A stretch of DNA of 64,000 nucleotides from Camelus ferus (Eukaryota): positions 78,928,001 to 78,992,000 of the forward strand of contig NC_045697.1 in assembly GCF_009834535.1 (NCBI RefSeq). The letters are read 5' to 3'. Positions within the stretch are counted from its first letter, which is position 1. Each line of letters opens with the position of its first letter. Shown piece after piece: positions 39,056 through 52,195 of the stretch. A program made the translations under genes and the position numbers. Below the pieces are notes generated by a model. It was not told the DNA's origin and made no database searches. It saw only the letters and a list, made by a program, of their open reading frames with translations.

Positions 39056-39620
39056 GTGGGTGTCATGGAGGATCTTTGCTTCCTTTGTGAGGGACAGAAA
39101 CCCAACTCAAACTAGGCAAAGCAGAAAGGACATTTTATGAACTCATGTAACCAAACCACAGTGGGGATCAGGCATAAGACGTCAGACATTTCTTGCCTCT
39201 GCTTTTCTTCGGAAAAGAAGTCTCTTTCTCATGGATGGCATACAGGTATTCTCCAGTCAGCTAGGGAAAGCAGCCATTGACAATTCCAAGTTTACCTCTT
39301 TCCAGGTTCATAACTCCAGAAAGAAAAGGCTTCTCCCTCCAATTTCAGTATGAAGAAACACGGGGCAGGACCTGACTGGCTCAGTTTGGGCCACATGTCC
39401 CATATGGCCACCCCAAGACCAATCTCTATAGCTTAAATGTCCAGACCTGAATTATGTGAGCACATCTCTGGCCAAAAAAGTCAGAGGCCCTGTGTCTGGC
39501 AACCCCACCAGAATCACCTAATTGGAAGGAGAAAGGAGCAGTTCTTTTAAGAAGGGGTGGGAGTCATGGTTACCAGAATCAGGAATGCAGGACAGACAAA
39601 AATAGCAGATGTCCACTACA
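39056..39620 (-). mobile_element. Old MLT1-type LTR
   Basis: gacagaaacccaactcaaactagg...ctcatgtaac at the left; cagatgtccactaca at the right. Confidence 0.8.
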
Positions 39621-41811
39621 CTAGTTATGTGTGTATGAAGATTCAAAAGGCCTGAGGCCCTACATGTCTACCAGGTTTCTAGATGATGCCACAAACCAGA
39701 GTTTAAGTAGCAATGTACTAACCTTCTTTCCACGTGTTGCCCATAATTGTCTAACACTGTAGATGCTCTAAAGCTTAGGGCTCACTCACAAGGACAAATG
39801 CAATCTCACATGCTTGTCTGAGTACAGTGCCTTCTCGGGACCAGCTGTGTGTCCCCGTCACAACACTGAAATAGCAGAGGTGTTGCCCGTCAGGATCGAG
39901 ACATATTGGCAGAACTCAGTGATAAAAACACTTTACAATTTCATAGCACCTTTCATTCCAAAGTGTTTCAGAAGCTACATACATTCGGCACCACAGAAAG
40001 ATGATAGAGGCAGCAGACTCCATGGGGTGAAGGAGGTGTCGAGGGATGGAGTGGGGTGGAAGAATATGTAAGCTAAGGACAGTGGGACATTTCTCTGTTA
40101 AAGGGGACATAACACCAAAAATCATACACACAAAAAAAGGAAAGAAAACTAAAACCTTTAAGGTTCATGTTCAAAGAATGATATTGCATAGATTAATGTT
40201 CAGAATCATTTTCATAGAACCATCTTCTTCCAAGAAGTTACTTGTGGGTATGGGTACTCTGTGAGCACCAAGGAAAAGAAACCATAAATAAGCTAAACAA
40301 ACAAGATGAAAAATATCAGGAAATCTATGAGGTCTGAATCCATTAACTCCAGCTTGAATAGGCTACATCTGTCTTCTTAATTAAATGATTAAGTCCTAAA
40401 ATCTTAGAGGGCAGTTTTCCATCACAAATTCTCTGGCATGGGAAGTAGCCTGTTGCTTGCAGAGCATTTAGTAAAAGAAACGACTTTCTAAGTATTGCAA
40501 AATGTGAACACCTAACTTAACTTTAATATACCCGACGAAAATGTGGGTAGTTCATATATGTTCTAAAAAAATAAGTGACTTTATGACAGAGCTTCAAAAT
40601 GGAAACTTTTAATGATTCCTAGAGTGTTTGTCTTCAAAAGAAATCCATTTTCGAGTGCTGCTGTTTCCCATTTGTTATCAGGGATTCCTGGGGGGCTTCC
40701 AGTGACTTGGAAAGAGTTCTATTTTCACTTCTTCTGGCTCTGTGACTATGCCCCAGCCAATAAATGAAGACCAAGCTCCCACAAGACAGTTTCAAAGACG
40801 CTGTGCTCCAGACAGTATGTGGCCACCTGCCAGGAAAGCCCATACCAAATTAAAAGGGCAAGGAGAGAAATCCTTTTGCTATTTCATATTTCCTGGGGTT
40901 TCCAACGAACTCATTGCATTAACCTTCTTTGTGAAATGTTTTAGTAAATGTGCTTTTTTATGAACATTCACAAAAACCTCAAGATAACGAGAAAAAAGAA
41001 AGCAGGGATTCTTAGACCAGAAATTCATCTTTCTGCTCTTTTTTATTCACTATCTCCTATCCTTTCCCCTCCCACTTTCACTTGAGACAGGAGCTGACAC
41101 CCTCCCCAGCCAGCAGATAACTGGTTACTCCATCAGGAGAATTGTTATCTTGAATCACAGCGTTATCGTTTCATCAGAGAGAAAATCAAGCTACTCAAAA
41201 ATCCCACAAAGGCAGTTTCCATTAAGGAAATACACTAAAAGGACCCAGTACTCTTGTGCCCTCACACTGTAATTTTGGGGCCCTGGTAAAGTTCAACTCA
41301 GAAGCTTTTTTTTATAAATGATGGGAAGTAATTGATGCATCTGGTTATCTCTCAGGACTCTGTCAGTTCCACAACTAGAAATGGTGCTGCCACACTCACT
41401 CCAAAGGAAGGTGGTGGTGAAGTGTAGGCTTCAGATAAGGATTTACACTGAGAGGCCAGCTCCAGAAACTACATAAAAGATTATAGATAGGAGACAGGCA
41501 AGGAGAAAGGTACACTCATAAAATTAGAGTTATTGTAATCTTGCAAGTAAATGAATATGTTCCATTTTGGTTTACAGTACATTTGACAATAGCATAGAAA
41601 TGAACTGTGTATACCTTGTGAATTATAATAGTCTAACATGCCAGCTTGGAATGAACGATATAAAAAGAAAGGAAAGTTGTTAGTTAAGTGGCACATTTTA
41701 AGCAATAGAGTCTTTGGAATTATATCCTTGTTTGACTCATCATTTGATGTCTTGGTAGTCCATTTGCTTCTCAAAAGCTTTAAGTTGGCTCAAGATTTAA
41801 CTAATGTCAAC

Positions 41812-41935
41812 CACATAAATATGAATTGAGAATTTACTGTATCCAGGCACAGTTCTAGGAATTGGGGATTCTTAGTAATCAAGACAAGTATGCCTCTATC
41901 TCTCAGAACTTACCATCTAACATTATAGTCTAGTT
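41812..41935 (-). mobile_element. L2 3' fragment
   Basis: ttgagaatttactgtatccaggcacagttctagg...cagaacttaccatcta. Confidence 0.65.
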
Positions 41936-42214
41936 GAGCATGAAGAGTGTGATTGTCTAAGTATGGACTAATGAAACTAGAACAATACTACCAAGATCTA
42001 TATGGCCTTTGCATCATCAGACACCTTGTAAACACATTATTTATTGAGTGGAAGTGTTTATCTTTAAAACAAAAGTTACCATACTCATCTTTAAATTCCA
42101 ACAAGTTTTCTTCTGCTCTATGAGTTCACACTTATTAAAGGCACTTTAACATGGATTGGAAAATATTTTCAGAGCTCAGATAAACAGTTTAGGGTAACAA
42201 ATTTAACTCCAAAA

Positions 42215-42545
42215 ACATCCACTGATTGTCTCTGAGGTGTAAAGCATACCATGTAGTCCTCCAAGGAGTACAAAACCAGTTAAGACATGGCACCCACTCT
42301 TAGGTTGTCTACAATTCCATTCAGGCGATATTTACATGAAGAACAGGAATAGAAGGCAGAATGAGGTGGATACTGTAACAGAGGTTTAAGCTTAAGCTCT
42401 AGATATACGAGGGAGCAAAAGGTTAACTTTAGCTAAAACAACTGGAGAAGATCCCTACAGAAGCTGAAGTTGCAAGAATGCCATGAAGGATGAATGGACC
42501 TCATCAGGCAGATGGGGTGACAGCAGAAGAGTGCAACTGTTAAGA
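42215..42545 (-). mobile_element. L2 fragment
   Basis: aagacatggcacccactcttagg...gaaggatgaatggacctcatcaggcaga. Confidence 0.5.
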
Positions 42546-42564
42546 ATTGGCAGTATAAAATGAT

Positions 42565-42745
42565 AGAGTACTGGCACTTTCTCTTACCAGCTCTATGACT
42601 TGGTCCAGTTTCTCATTTGTGAAGTGGGGATAATGTAAGAGTACATCATAGAGATGCTATGAGTATTAAATAAGAGGACTTATGTAAAGTACTTTGCACA
42701 GTGCCTGTTACACAGTGCTAATAAATATTAGTTTCTATTATTACA
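42565..42745 (+). mobile_element. MIR SINE
   Basis: cttaccagctctatgacttgg...cagttttctcatttgtgaagtggggataat...atgtaaagtactttgcacagtgcctg. Confidence 0.85.
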
Positions 42746-44039
42746 TTTTGTATAGTACATATATAGTAGTTTTTATATAGTTTATATTTTTAGTTTTTTT
42801 AAACTATATAATACAGTTATATGAAAAAAGTTATTTCTTAAAACTAGACTATACTTAGAGTCCTCTAGAGTCAATTTGACCCAGATACAGCCCAGTCAAA
42901 AAAAAAAGTACAAAATAAAGATAGAAACATGAAGCACAATTAATAACTCCAAAAATGGGCAATCAATAAAGTTAAAAAGAATACAAACACTTTAGATCAT
43001 TTAAGTATGGGTTTTGTCTGGCTGACTGATGTTGATTCTCTGCCTCCAAACTAACACGACACAAACAGAAGTTATATTGTCATTTGGTTAATACATTGAA
43101 ACTGATATTATCCATTAAATGTTACTATGGATAACCTTAAATGGCTTGAAATTTAAAAGAGGAAAGCCTATAAGACAATTTGATTTTGCCAGAAGATTTA
43201 CAACCCAACTAGCCTTTCTCCTTGGTTCAGTACACACAATGTGAGGCTTAAGATGATTCATAATGGCTAAAGAGTGGCTTAAAAAAATCAAGCTCTAGGA
43301 TTTTAAAATTGCCAGGAATAATCTAAATAAAGAATGATGCAGACAGAAAATGTACATGTAAATGTATCTGGATTAGATGATTACCAGAGATTTTTATTTC
43401 TTCATTATGATTTCTCTATCTACCATGTTTGCTACAGTTGTAATAAAAGATCTGATTCCGTTTATGACTGTTGAGTGCTGATAGCTTTCAGAGCCCATCA
43501 TCACCCACCCTGTTCTGTTCCTCAGATGGGCAAGCTGGTGAGAAAACCCAGGTGCTCTCTCCTGTGGTGCTGGTGGCAATTTTAAACCTCACAATCCCTG
43601 GTCCATGTGCAGGAACCCAAACCTTTAACCCATCCCCAAACTACAGTAAACGCTGAGCCAGTCTCCTTTCCCTACTCTTTCAAGTTACTCTCTGGACCTG
43701 CTGTTCCTACAAAGCTCATGTTGTCAGTAATAAACCTTTTCAAACTCTCCGGGTACATGGGTGGCATCATCAGTCTTGACATCAGAATCAACTTTTGAGT
43801 TGGGTTTCACCTCTGCAGAGTGGATAACAACAGTCAATATGTATTATCTTTATAATGTAAGCAGCACATAAAAATGAACAAAGTTTAAGGGGGTTGACAA
43901 ATCTATCAGCATACACCATCTCTCTCTCTCTCTTATGGATTAAATTTGCATTGCATCTATTCCCCTTTTCCCTTTTCCTAATAATGGTCCGATTTTCCTT
44001 CGTGCATCTGTCTCTTTCCCTATACAGCCCATATGCATA

Positions 44040-44556
44040 AAGGGACAAGTACCACATCCTGGAGTGAACCTGACCGGTATAAAGGTAATCCCAACATGTC
44101 TGCCACAGGAATTGGGTCAGGAATACAGACATAAACCAATCAGCACCGGGCATTGCCATGGCCACAAAGATTAGTTCAAGAAGGGACATATGATCTAATT
44201 TAGACCAAGGAAATGCAAAGGAAGATTCACATAGAACCTAGGAAATAATTTTTCTCACTCAGTAAAAATATCACCAGAAAAAAAGTTCTCACTTCCTTGG
44301 AAAGTCATGAAACAGAACTGTGAAACTTAAAATAAGGACAGTCATTTTGTCTCCATGAAGGAAGCCACCCTGAAGATGAAGCCAGTATACAGAGGAGGGG
44401 ATAGCTGAGCAAACCTCAGAGAACCAGCCAGAGCCACTGGATTAAAGCAGCCTGAAGCTTGCCTCCTCTGAATTTTTGAGCATGGGAGCTAATAATATTT
44501 GTTTGTTTAAGCTAGTTTAATTTTGTTTTCTGTTACTTGCAGTCCTAACTCACACA
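44040..44556 (+). mobile_element. Old MLT1-type LTR
   Basis: aaccaatcagc...ggccacaaagattagttcaag...gagccactggattaaagc...ttaagctagttt...ttctgttacttgca. Confidence 0.75.
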
Positions 44557-44999
44557 TAGGTAAAACCAGACTCTGTCTAGTGATTTTATACTACTCTATC
44601 TTCCAACAAATATCTGTACAAAACTCCCTCTTGGTACCAACGCGACATTCCTTATTCATGCAGAACGGCAGTAATTTCTCTAGGATTCATGGCTGTTGGT
44701 CTATATATCTCCCTTCAGGAAAATGTCATTAACTGCCTTACTCCACTATTTCTCAGCATATAGTCAATCCCAGGCTTTCTCACAGTTTGTTTTTGGGTAC
44801 CATGTCATAATAGATATTGGTGGAAGGAGGCTCAGAACAGCTGAGATTTTTGTTTGTTTGTTTCATTCCCGTACTCCCTGAGTCATCACTCACATAGGAC
44901 TCTGATGCAGTGACTGAAGGTCAATGAAGGATGATAGAAAACTAATCAAATTGAGCACAGAGAGCAGTGAAATCTCACACATTTAAAAGTAGGGCGTAT

Positions 45000-45370
45000 G
45001 GAACAACTGGTAAATGACTGAATAAATTATACTCTAGGCCAGAACTTCAAGAAATACTATACAGCTATGCAATTCTTTTAAAATTATGATTCCAGAAACT
45101 ATGGTAAACATGAAAGAAAAATTTAGTCATTATACTAAGTGGAGGAAAAAGATACAAAACGGTACACACAACATTTACAATTATGTGATAATTACAAACA
45201 AAAAAACTAGAATTTTAAAACTGTGAAGCAGATAAAAATTAAAACACCACAAATATATTAACAATGGTTGCACTAGAAGCTATAGAAAATTTTCCTATTT
45301 TTTCTTTTGCTCTTTTTTTCTTTTACTCTTTTTAATAATCATAGATTATTTTATGAAGGAAATTTATAAT
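45000..45370 (+). mobile_element. Old L1 (L1ME-like) 3'UTR fragment
   Basis: aactggtaaatgactgaataaattat...aatactatacagct...atactaagtg...atattaacaatggtt. Confidence 0.6.
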
Positions 45371-46664
45371 ATTTTAACATAAGAATACTATACATCATTT
45401 TCACTAACTGCATGTCTAAATCAGCAGATTTGTTTGAGACGTACAATGATAAGAAAGTTAAGGAGAGAACATTTAGCATTGCATAGTTTGAAGATCTCAA
45501 TATCCACTTTCCCACAAAGGTTGTCTAGGCCAAAGGAGATGCACAGTATCCAAAACAAGACCTCACACCCCATAAAATTTAAATACTGTCCCTTGGGTAC
45601 TAAGAAACAAAAGACCACAAGTCAGGTCTTCTGAGTCACTTGGCACTCTTTCAGTGTCCTCCAAAGCAGTAACACTATGCAAGACATAATACAGCTAGGG
45701 AGGGGAGAGAAAAGAGAAGGACAGAGTTGTGAATCAGTCCAACTTAGTTAGACTATGCAAAGGGAAGAAGGCAAGGAGGTAAGGAATTAGATAAGACCAG
45801 GCTCCAAATCTGTATATATCATTACTTTCCAAAAGTGAAAGGCTGAAGTGAAGGGGAGACAAGAGGAAAATGAGGTGGAGGGGGATGGAACTGGAAAGAT
45901 CAATGCCAGAGAGATGTATATAAAAGGACAAGTGATAAACCAGAATTATGTGTAGAGATAAAGGAGTTAATAGAAGGGACAGACAGAAAGTGAAGGCAAC
46001 CAAATGAGAAAGGATATTCCCAGTGGTGTCAGACCTGATGCTGGAAACCTTGGCGAGAACCCTGGGAAGGGAAGGTGTAGGTGAATGACAAATGTGCAGC
46101 ATCAAAATAAATCATCTCTTCTAGACCTTCTGCAGGAACAAATTTTCCAGAGATTTAGATTTGGTAAACAGACCACACTGGATCACAGTGAGGAACTTAT
46201 AGGGGATTTGAGATGTCAAACATACAGAAGCCAAAGTTTGCCTGTAATGTTGAAAATAACACCATGCATGGCCTTTTAGTATCAAATTGTTTCAACTAAC
46301 TGCAGTTCAAAGACTCTTCTCTAAAAAACCTAAGACAATATATTAGTTTTTCTTTAACCATAAGATATAGCAATAATTATTCATATTCGATGTATACAGC
46401 CTTGTTAATTTTTCCTTAGACTTGAAAACTATGTATTGTGTTGATGCGTGTTCTATATTATTTAATATATTTATATTTAGTATTTGAAATCAACTCATTA
46501 TTTATTTATTATAATGTGATAGAATTGTCACACTGAAAGGAAAACATATTTGAAAAGAATCTATATTTTTTGACTTTTAAAATTAAAATTCTTCAAGTGT
46601 AAACTGTTAACTGGGAGTGAATTTTGTGCGTAAAGTCGATTTAGTAATTTTCAGACACAGACAG

Positions 46665-46915
46665 ACCTTTGGCATAGTGATTAACAGAATGGGATTTAGA
46701 GTGAGAAAGACCTGCTGGGGTCCAGGCTCCACAATCTGTCAACGTGGCAGGCCCATTTCCTATGCTCTCTGAGCCTGAATCTCCTTCTGTGATGAGCATA
46801 TCAGTATCTGCCTTTTATGGCTATTGTGAGGATTAAATAAAATGATACATATGAAGTACTTAGCACAGCACCTGGCACATAAAAAATATTCTGTAAATGC
46901 TTCCATTAGTTCTAA
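46665..46915 (+). mobile_element. MIR SINE
   Basis: ggcatagtgattaa...ctctctgagcct...ttgtgaggattaaataaaatga...cttagcacagcacctggcacata. Confidence 0.9.
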
Positions 46916-46926
46916 AAGTCACCATA

Positions 46927-46974
46927 ATTGTTGTCAGTATCATTGTCAGTATTATTGTCAATATTGTTGTCAAT
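46927..46974. repeat. 12-bp tandem repeat, 4 units
   Basis: attgttgtcagt atcattgtcagt attattgtcaat attgttgtcaat. Confidence 0.85.
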
Positions 46975-47059
46975 GAGAGTGGGAATTTCATTGGCGAAAA
47001 ATCATTTCTTACTTAGTTGTGTATGTGTGTCAGACATCCTGAAGTCCCTGATCTTGGGT

Positions 47060-47445
47060 ATATGATTTCCTCAGCCTGAAACACGGTCCCTGCCTCCTCC
47101 ATGCCCTCTTTGCCTGGCTAACTCCCACTCGTTCCCCACCGTCAGCTGAAACATGGCTTCCTCCTAGAAGTCAGCCTTCTCTGATCCTGGAGGATAAGGT
47201 TGGTACCTAGCAACCTGCTCTTCCCCTATGCTCTTGTCCTCACATTACACTATAATTCCATGTGTATTTTATTGATCTGTATTCCTCCTCATGTTACACA
47301 CACACACACACACACACACAATTTTAAGCTCCATGAGAACATAAATCTACCTTCTTGGCCTTCATTTCCAACCCAAACATGTAGTCAAAGTGTTAATGGC
47401 ACATACTAAGTTCCTAATAAGTGTACTTTTTGAACAAATAAAAGA
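47060..47445 (+). mobile_element. L2 3' region containing a (CA)n tract at 47296-47320
   Basis: tgcctggctaactcc...gccttctctga...taagctccatgagaaca...tggcacata. Confidence 0.7.
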
Positions 47446-49026
47446 CACTTAGCAAATAAATGTTAACAAGTTTTACAAACTCTACGTGCTAGGCTGAATC
47501 ATAAAATATCCACTAATCGAGAAGTATCCTGTAACTACTGAACTATTAAATTCACCAAATACTTCCCAAGAGTATCCTAAATCAAGTAACTTTACAATAA
47601 GTAAAGTACCTTGACATATGCAGATCCTTGAAGTAGTCAGCTGAAGAAAGCAATTTAATAATATGCCCTGAAGAAAATTTTTACAAATTTAGCCCTTTCC
47701 TGAGTCTGGCTATCTTAGTAGCTTCTTGCAAAGAAGTTAGTTATTGAGAAGACTGATGAAAAATAACTGTCAGAACTACATTTTAAAAAATCATCTCATA
47801 AACATTTGTGAGTATCTCCTTATGTGTTAGGTTCATAGGCAGATCAAAGAAAGATGAAACACAGACCTTCCTCTCAATAGGTTGATGGTCCAAATGACAT
47901 ATAAATAATAGGGAAATTTTTTCATCCACTCACCTCTTCCCATCAAATTCATTAATAAATGACATTTATTTGCAGTTTATGTACACTTAGCTAGTTTTGA
48001 ATCCAAGAAGGGTCATTATTAAATATTAGTATGTACATTTATTTCCTTTGATATGAATGATGTGAACTGGTATATTTGAGATAAATTAAGCATGCCAGGT
48101 TGTATCACAACTTTATGATTAATTCAGTCTTTTGAAAATAAACTGATTTCTCCAAGAGCACATGCTCATAACATCCATCAAAAAGACAAGATGATTTGTA
48201 CACAGCTTCTAAAATTTTGCCCCAAAACTTCTAATTATTTTTCCTTTTGGCAAAAGCTTCTGAACACCTGTTGAAGCCATTACTGTTCTGTCCTTTGGGG
48301 GCAATAGGAAAGAACAGCTCCTTCACACACTGCATTTTTCCCAAGATTCACCAGGAACCTCATGGACTTGCTGCTGCATGATCTGAGCCTTTTAACAGGT
48401 GGCTGGTCCTGTTTTTCCTCACCACCTTCCCTACATCAAGAACAATATACTAGATTTCTTTTTTCTTTTCCTTTCTCTTATGCAAAATTCCAAAGGAGTG
48501 GGGAGATTCTCAGGAACAGAATTTAACCTAGCAGATTAATTTCATGAACTTGCATAGAAAAAAGTTTTGCTAATAAAATAAGAGATGAATAAATGGATCT
48601 TTTCCTGTTCCTCAAAGTTGAGAAAAATGGGTGAGAACTACGAAGATATCAGTTCTTCCATAATATGACAGTTCAATAGAGGGGAAAAAAATCACCTTAA
48701 CAAAATGATAGCTACTAAGTGGTTTACTGGGCAAACACTGCAACTATTTCCCTTAGAAAGTCAAGAAAGTCTTAATTCATAATTACACATTTTGCTTTTG
48801 CCTCACCAAAGCAATGCTTGGGGGAGCACTTAGGCTGTATTGTGTGTCTAAAGAAAGCTTTTGTTTCTATGTGTTAAGAGACTAGAGAGTGGTGGTTGCC
48901 AGAATCTGGCTATTGAGTATTCCCATTCTTCCTTTCTGCAATGCAGTTCAGTCTCAACTAGTGACAAAGTCTTATTTCAAATGCTGAGACTATGTTTCTA
49001 TTTTCCATGATACTAAGACCTCTTAT

Positions 49027-49502
49027 TGTATCTGTCAGGAATCTGATGGGAAACAGATTCACTCCAAATCATTCAAATGAGGAGATTCCAATGAAGAAGA
49101 ATTTACATAAGTCTGGGGCAGAGTTAAGGGAATGGTGACACTGGGAACAAAGAATGGTGAGGCATCCAAAGACTTCAATAGTGGGAGAAAGGTGTTCCAG
49201 GAGCCCAGGGGGATCTAACACTGAGGACATGGGACCATGTGGTAGGAGCTATAGCCTCAGGAGGCACAGTAGGAGAAAGAGGAAGCAAACACTCTGACCT
49301 CTCTCTCTTCTCGTCTTCCCATTGATCTCCTACTGGCCAAATCCAACTGAAGGTTAGAAATCAGCTAACCTTTAGTTCAAGAGAATCCAAGTGACAGAAT
49401 CTATAGGAAATAGCCTCCTGGAAGTACAATGCGAGATAGAGAATGGCAAAGAATAGATCTTGCATTAAAACAAAATATGAAGAAAAAACAGGTATTGACA
49501 CA
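49027..49502 (-). mobile_element. ERVL-type LTR (LTR33-like)
   Basis: tgtatctgtcagg...ggaaacaga...aatgaag...ggggcagagttaaggga...ctcctactggccaaatccaactgaagg. Confidence 0.6.
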
Positions 49503-49929
49503 TCCAAATGGAGCTTGTTAGCAAGTTATTAAACTGGTCCAACAGTGTTTATCCCCAGTGGCCTAAATAAGAGAACCATGGAGAGTTCTTCAGGTAAAGA
49601 CTTCATAATGCATTTGTGTGTAAATAGCACGGTCTAATTTCCCATCTCCTCCCCTTTTCTCAAGCTAAACAGGGGTTCCAGAGAAAACTACTCAGAAATA
49701 CTGAAAAGATGCTCTTCAAAAGGGCAGACTCTCTGGCAGTATTCTTACTAGGGGACAGAAGCTCATAGTCAACCCTATACTACTACTGGCACAGAACAAG
49801 AGCCTTAGTCCTCAGGAGTTTAGAGGCATAGACACTGATATCTAACCTCCTTTGGAGAAATGAGGACAGGCTGCTAGCCAGAAGAACCATGATAGCTGGG
49901 TGAAAAGAGAGTAAATTGGTGGAATCACA

Positions 49930-50530
49930 CCAAGTTCCCATGGGTTAAACTGATGCTAAGGAAGTTAGATAGACAAGAAGCAAGTAGAAAAACATTGCGC
50001 AAGATGGTTACTTTCCAGGGTCATGAGATACCAGCAGATAGAGGCTTGTGGACCACAGGATAGGATAGGGAGGTGAGGGAGGCAGACACAAAAAAGAGGG
50101 TGCTGCAGTGCCAAGATCCACTGCAGAGGGAGCTCCAAAATGCCCAAAAAAGTGGCCCATAATGCACATCAAGCATTGACTGGGCTCCTGCCATGACAAA
50201 GGGTATCTGAGAGCCAAGACAGAAGTACTACTGGTCCACGTTAAGTTAAAAGGGTTTTACCTTCATGCTTTACTTCCCTCTCCTTCTCCCTCTGTCGTGA
50301 AGGAACCTGAAGCAAGAAGAAGAAAGGTAGGAGCCAGATCACCCTAGCCCAGTGCTTGCCACCAAGCCACTGGGCATGGAAAGGGGAGAAGCTTTGATTT
50401 GTATGAGAGATTGTGAAATAATTTCCTTTGGCTTGTACCGGACCATTTAATACCTAAAAGTAAGTCTGAGACCAAACATCTGAAATTGACTATGCAAAAG
50501 GCTTCAGAGCTTCAAAAAGAGTGAGAAATT
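49930..50530. mobile_element. Possible ancient LTR (LTR78/MamGypsy-like)
   Basis: Purine-rich LTR-like composition with ggggagaagctttgatt...ggaccatttaatacc; recognition is weak. Confidence 0.3.
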
Positions 50531-50639
50531 AGAGTAACCAGGTCCCTCTAAAGTGTAAGGTGAAGGCTGGGGCTGAAAACAGGCAACTGTATTGAAAGTT
50601 CCTATCCCTGTGACTACTCCTCCCTGATCTCAGAAAAAG

Positions 50640-52195
50640 ACTGACATAACAGTGCTCCCTGGAGCCATAACCAAAGAGGCTTTTAACATCACACAGCTAA
50701 GAGTGGGAGTGAGGTGTCATAATGAAAAGAGGTAGTTGACCTACCTAACACTGGAAACCCTTACCTCCTTTGTCCAACTGGGCTCCAGAACACTGGCAGG
50801 CAGGCTTACACACTTCCCAGCAGGGAACTTGAATTCTTGTAAATGTCACTTAAAAGTCTAAAATAGAAGACCTGTGGGTTAAGAAACTGGATGGCAGGTG
50901 TCAAGAGAGGAAGGAAGGTTCACTTTTCACTGAATATCCTTATTGTTTAAATGGATTACCATGTACATGTATTGCCTATTAAAAATAGTAAATACATAAA
51001 CATTTATACATGAGCATTTAAATATATGAACATTTAAACTGGGATGAATGCCTCAAAGAGACATAAAAAGAGATACTGAGTCTATGAAACAAGAAAGGGA
51101 TGCTACAACAGAAGAAAGATTCTAACACCAAAAAAGATCTGTTGGAGATGAAAACATAATCACCAAAATAAAATGTGATAGGACAAAAGTTTCTAGAGAG
51201 AAAAAGAAGTTACTTTAAAATGCTCAAGAATCAAACTGTCATCTTCTCAGTAGCAAAACTGGGCAATGAAGAAATACCTTCTCAGTTCTAAGGGAAAACT
51301 TTTTCCTACCAAGAATTCTTAACTCAGTCAAATTAATGATCACTTTAGAGAATAAAATAAAAATATGTAAAGTATCAAAACAAATTTACTTTCATCACCT
51401 TTTTCAGAAACCTACTGGAGGATGTGATCCAACAAAATGGAGTAAAAATCAAGAAAAAGACATGAGATCCAGAAAATAGGAGACCCAACATGGGAGAAAG
51501 ACAATGGCCTCTCTTATGTTGATAAAGGAAGGTCTGAGCCTAGAAAGCAACTAGTCAAAAGTGAAGCAAGACAGAAAGCACCATAAAGGATGTGTCCAAG
51601 AAGGAAGAAAGAAAAACAGACAGATAGGAAGGAATAAAGGAGAAAAGAAAGGAAGGGGAAAGGGGGGACAAAGTAAGAAGAAAGATACACTTGACTAAAT
51701 TCAAAGGACATAACTCTCAGAAAGTGGGAGAATAAATTAGTGAAAGCTTCTAAAAATCATTAGAGAAAAAGAGGCAATTATTAACTTCAAGAAATGATGA
51801 ATTAAGCAACCTGGATAAGCTGTGAAACATATATATTTAGTTATAACACTGAATGTTGCTTTAATCAGAAAAGTGTGATTTAAGTATATTGGGAGACTAG
51901 GGTGAAGGCAGGGGATGGAGGGGAAGCAGATGGGCAGGGAAGAAGGGTGTGTTGCAGGTTTAAAGAGCAAAAGCCTCATCTTCCACAAAAGTTAATCTAA
52001 AATTGACAAATCAAGCAATGGAGCCTAAGAATGTTGTTTTAAAATATGGAGGTAAGTAGCAGAACAATTAGCTAAAAGGAGTTGAAGTGCGTTCCTTTAA
52101 AGAATGGGAACTGGAGAAGAGTAGGATAAGGACAGGTCAGAAATTTTTGTTATGATAAGCTTGTTAGTATTATTTCAAAACTTAAATTATGTGTG
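50640..52195 (+). mobile_element. HAL1 / old L1 ORF1-like remnants, fragmented
   Basis: ORF1-like tctatgaaacaagaa...ttggagatgaaaa and aatcaaactgtcatc...ttctcagtagcaa; HAL1-like ggaggatgtgatccaacaaaat and cctcatcttcca...tatggaggtaa. Confidence 0.65.

Noticed and set aside
43788..44189. Longest ORF in the track (133 aa)
   Set aside because: Overlaps an MLT1 LTR and a CT repeat; no recognisable domain.
45700..46105. Purine-rich tract and 123-aa hydrophobic antisense ORF
   Set aside because: Low-complexity strand bias explains the Leu/Ser/Phe ORF; no clear mirror repeat seen to support H-DNA.
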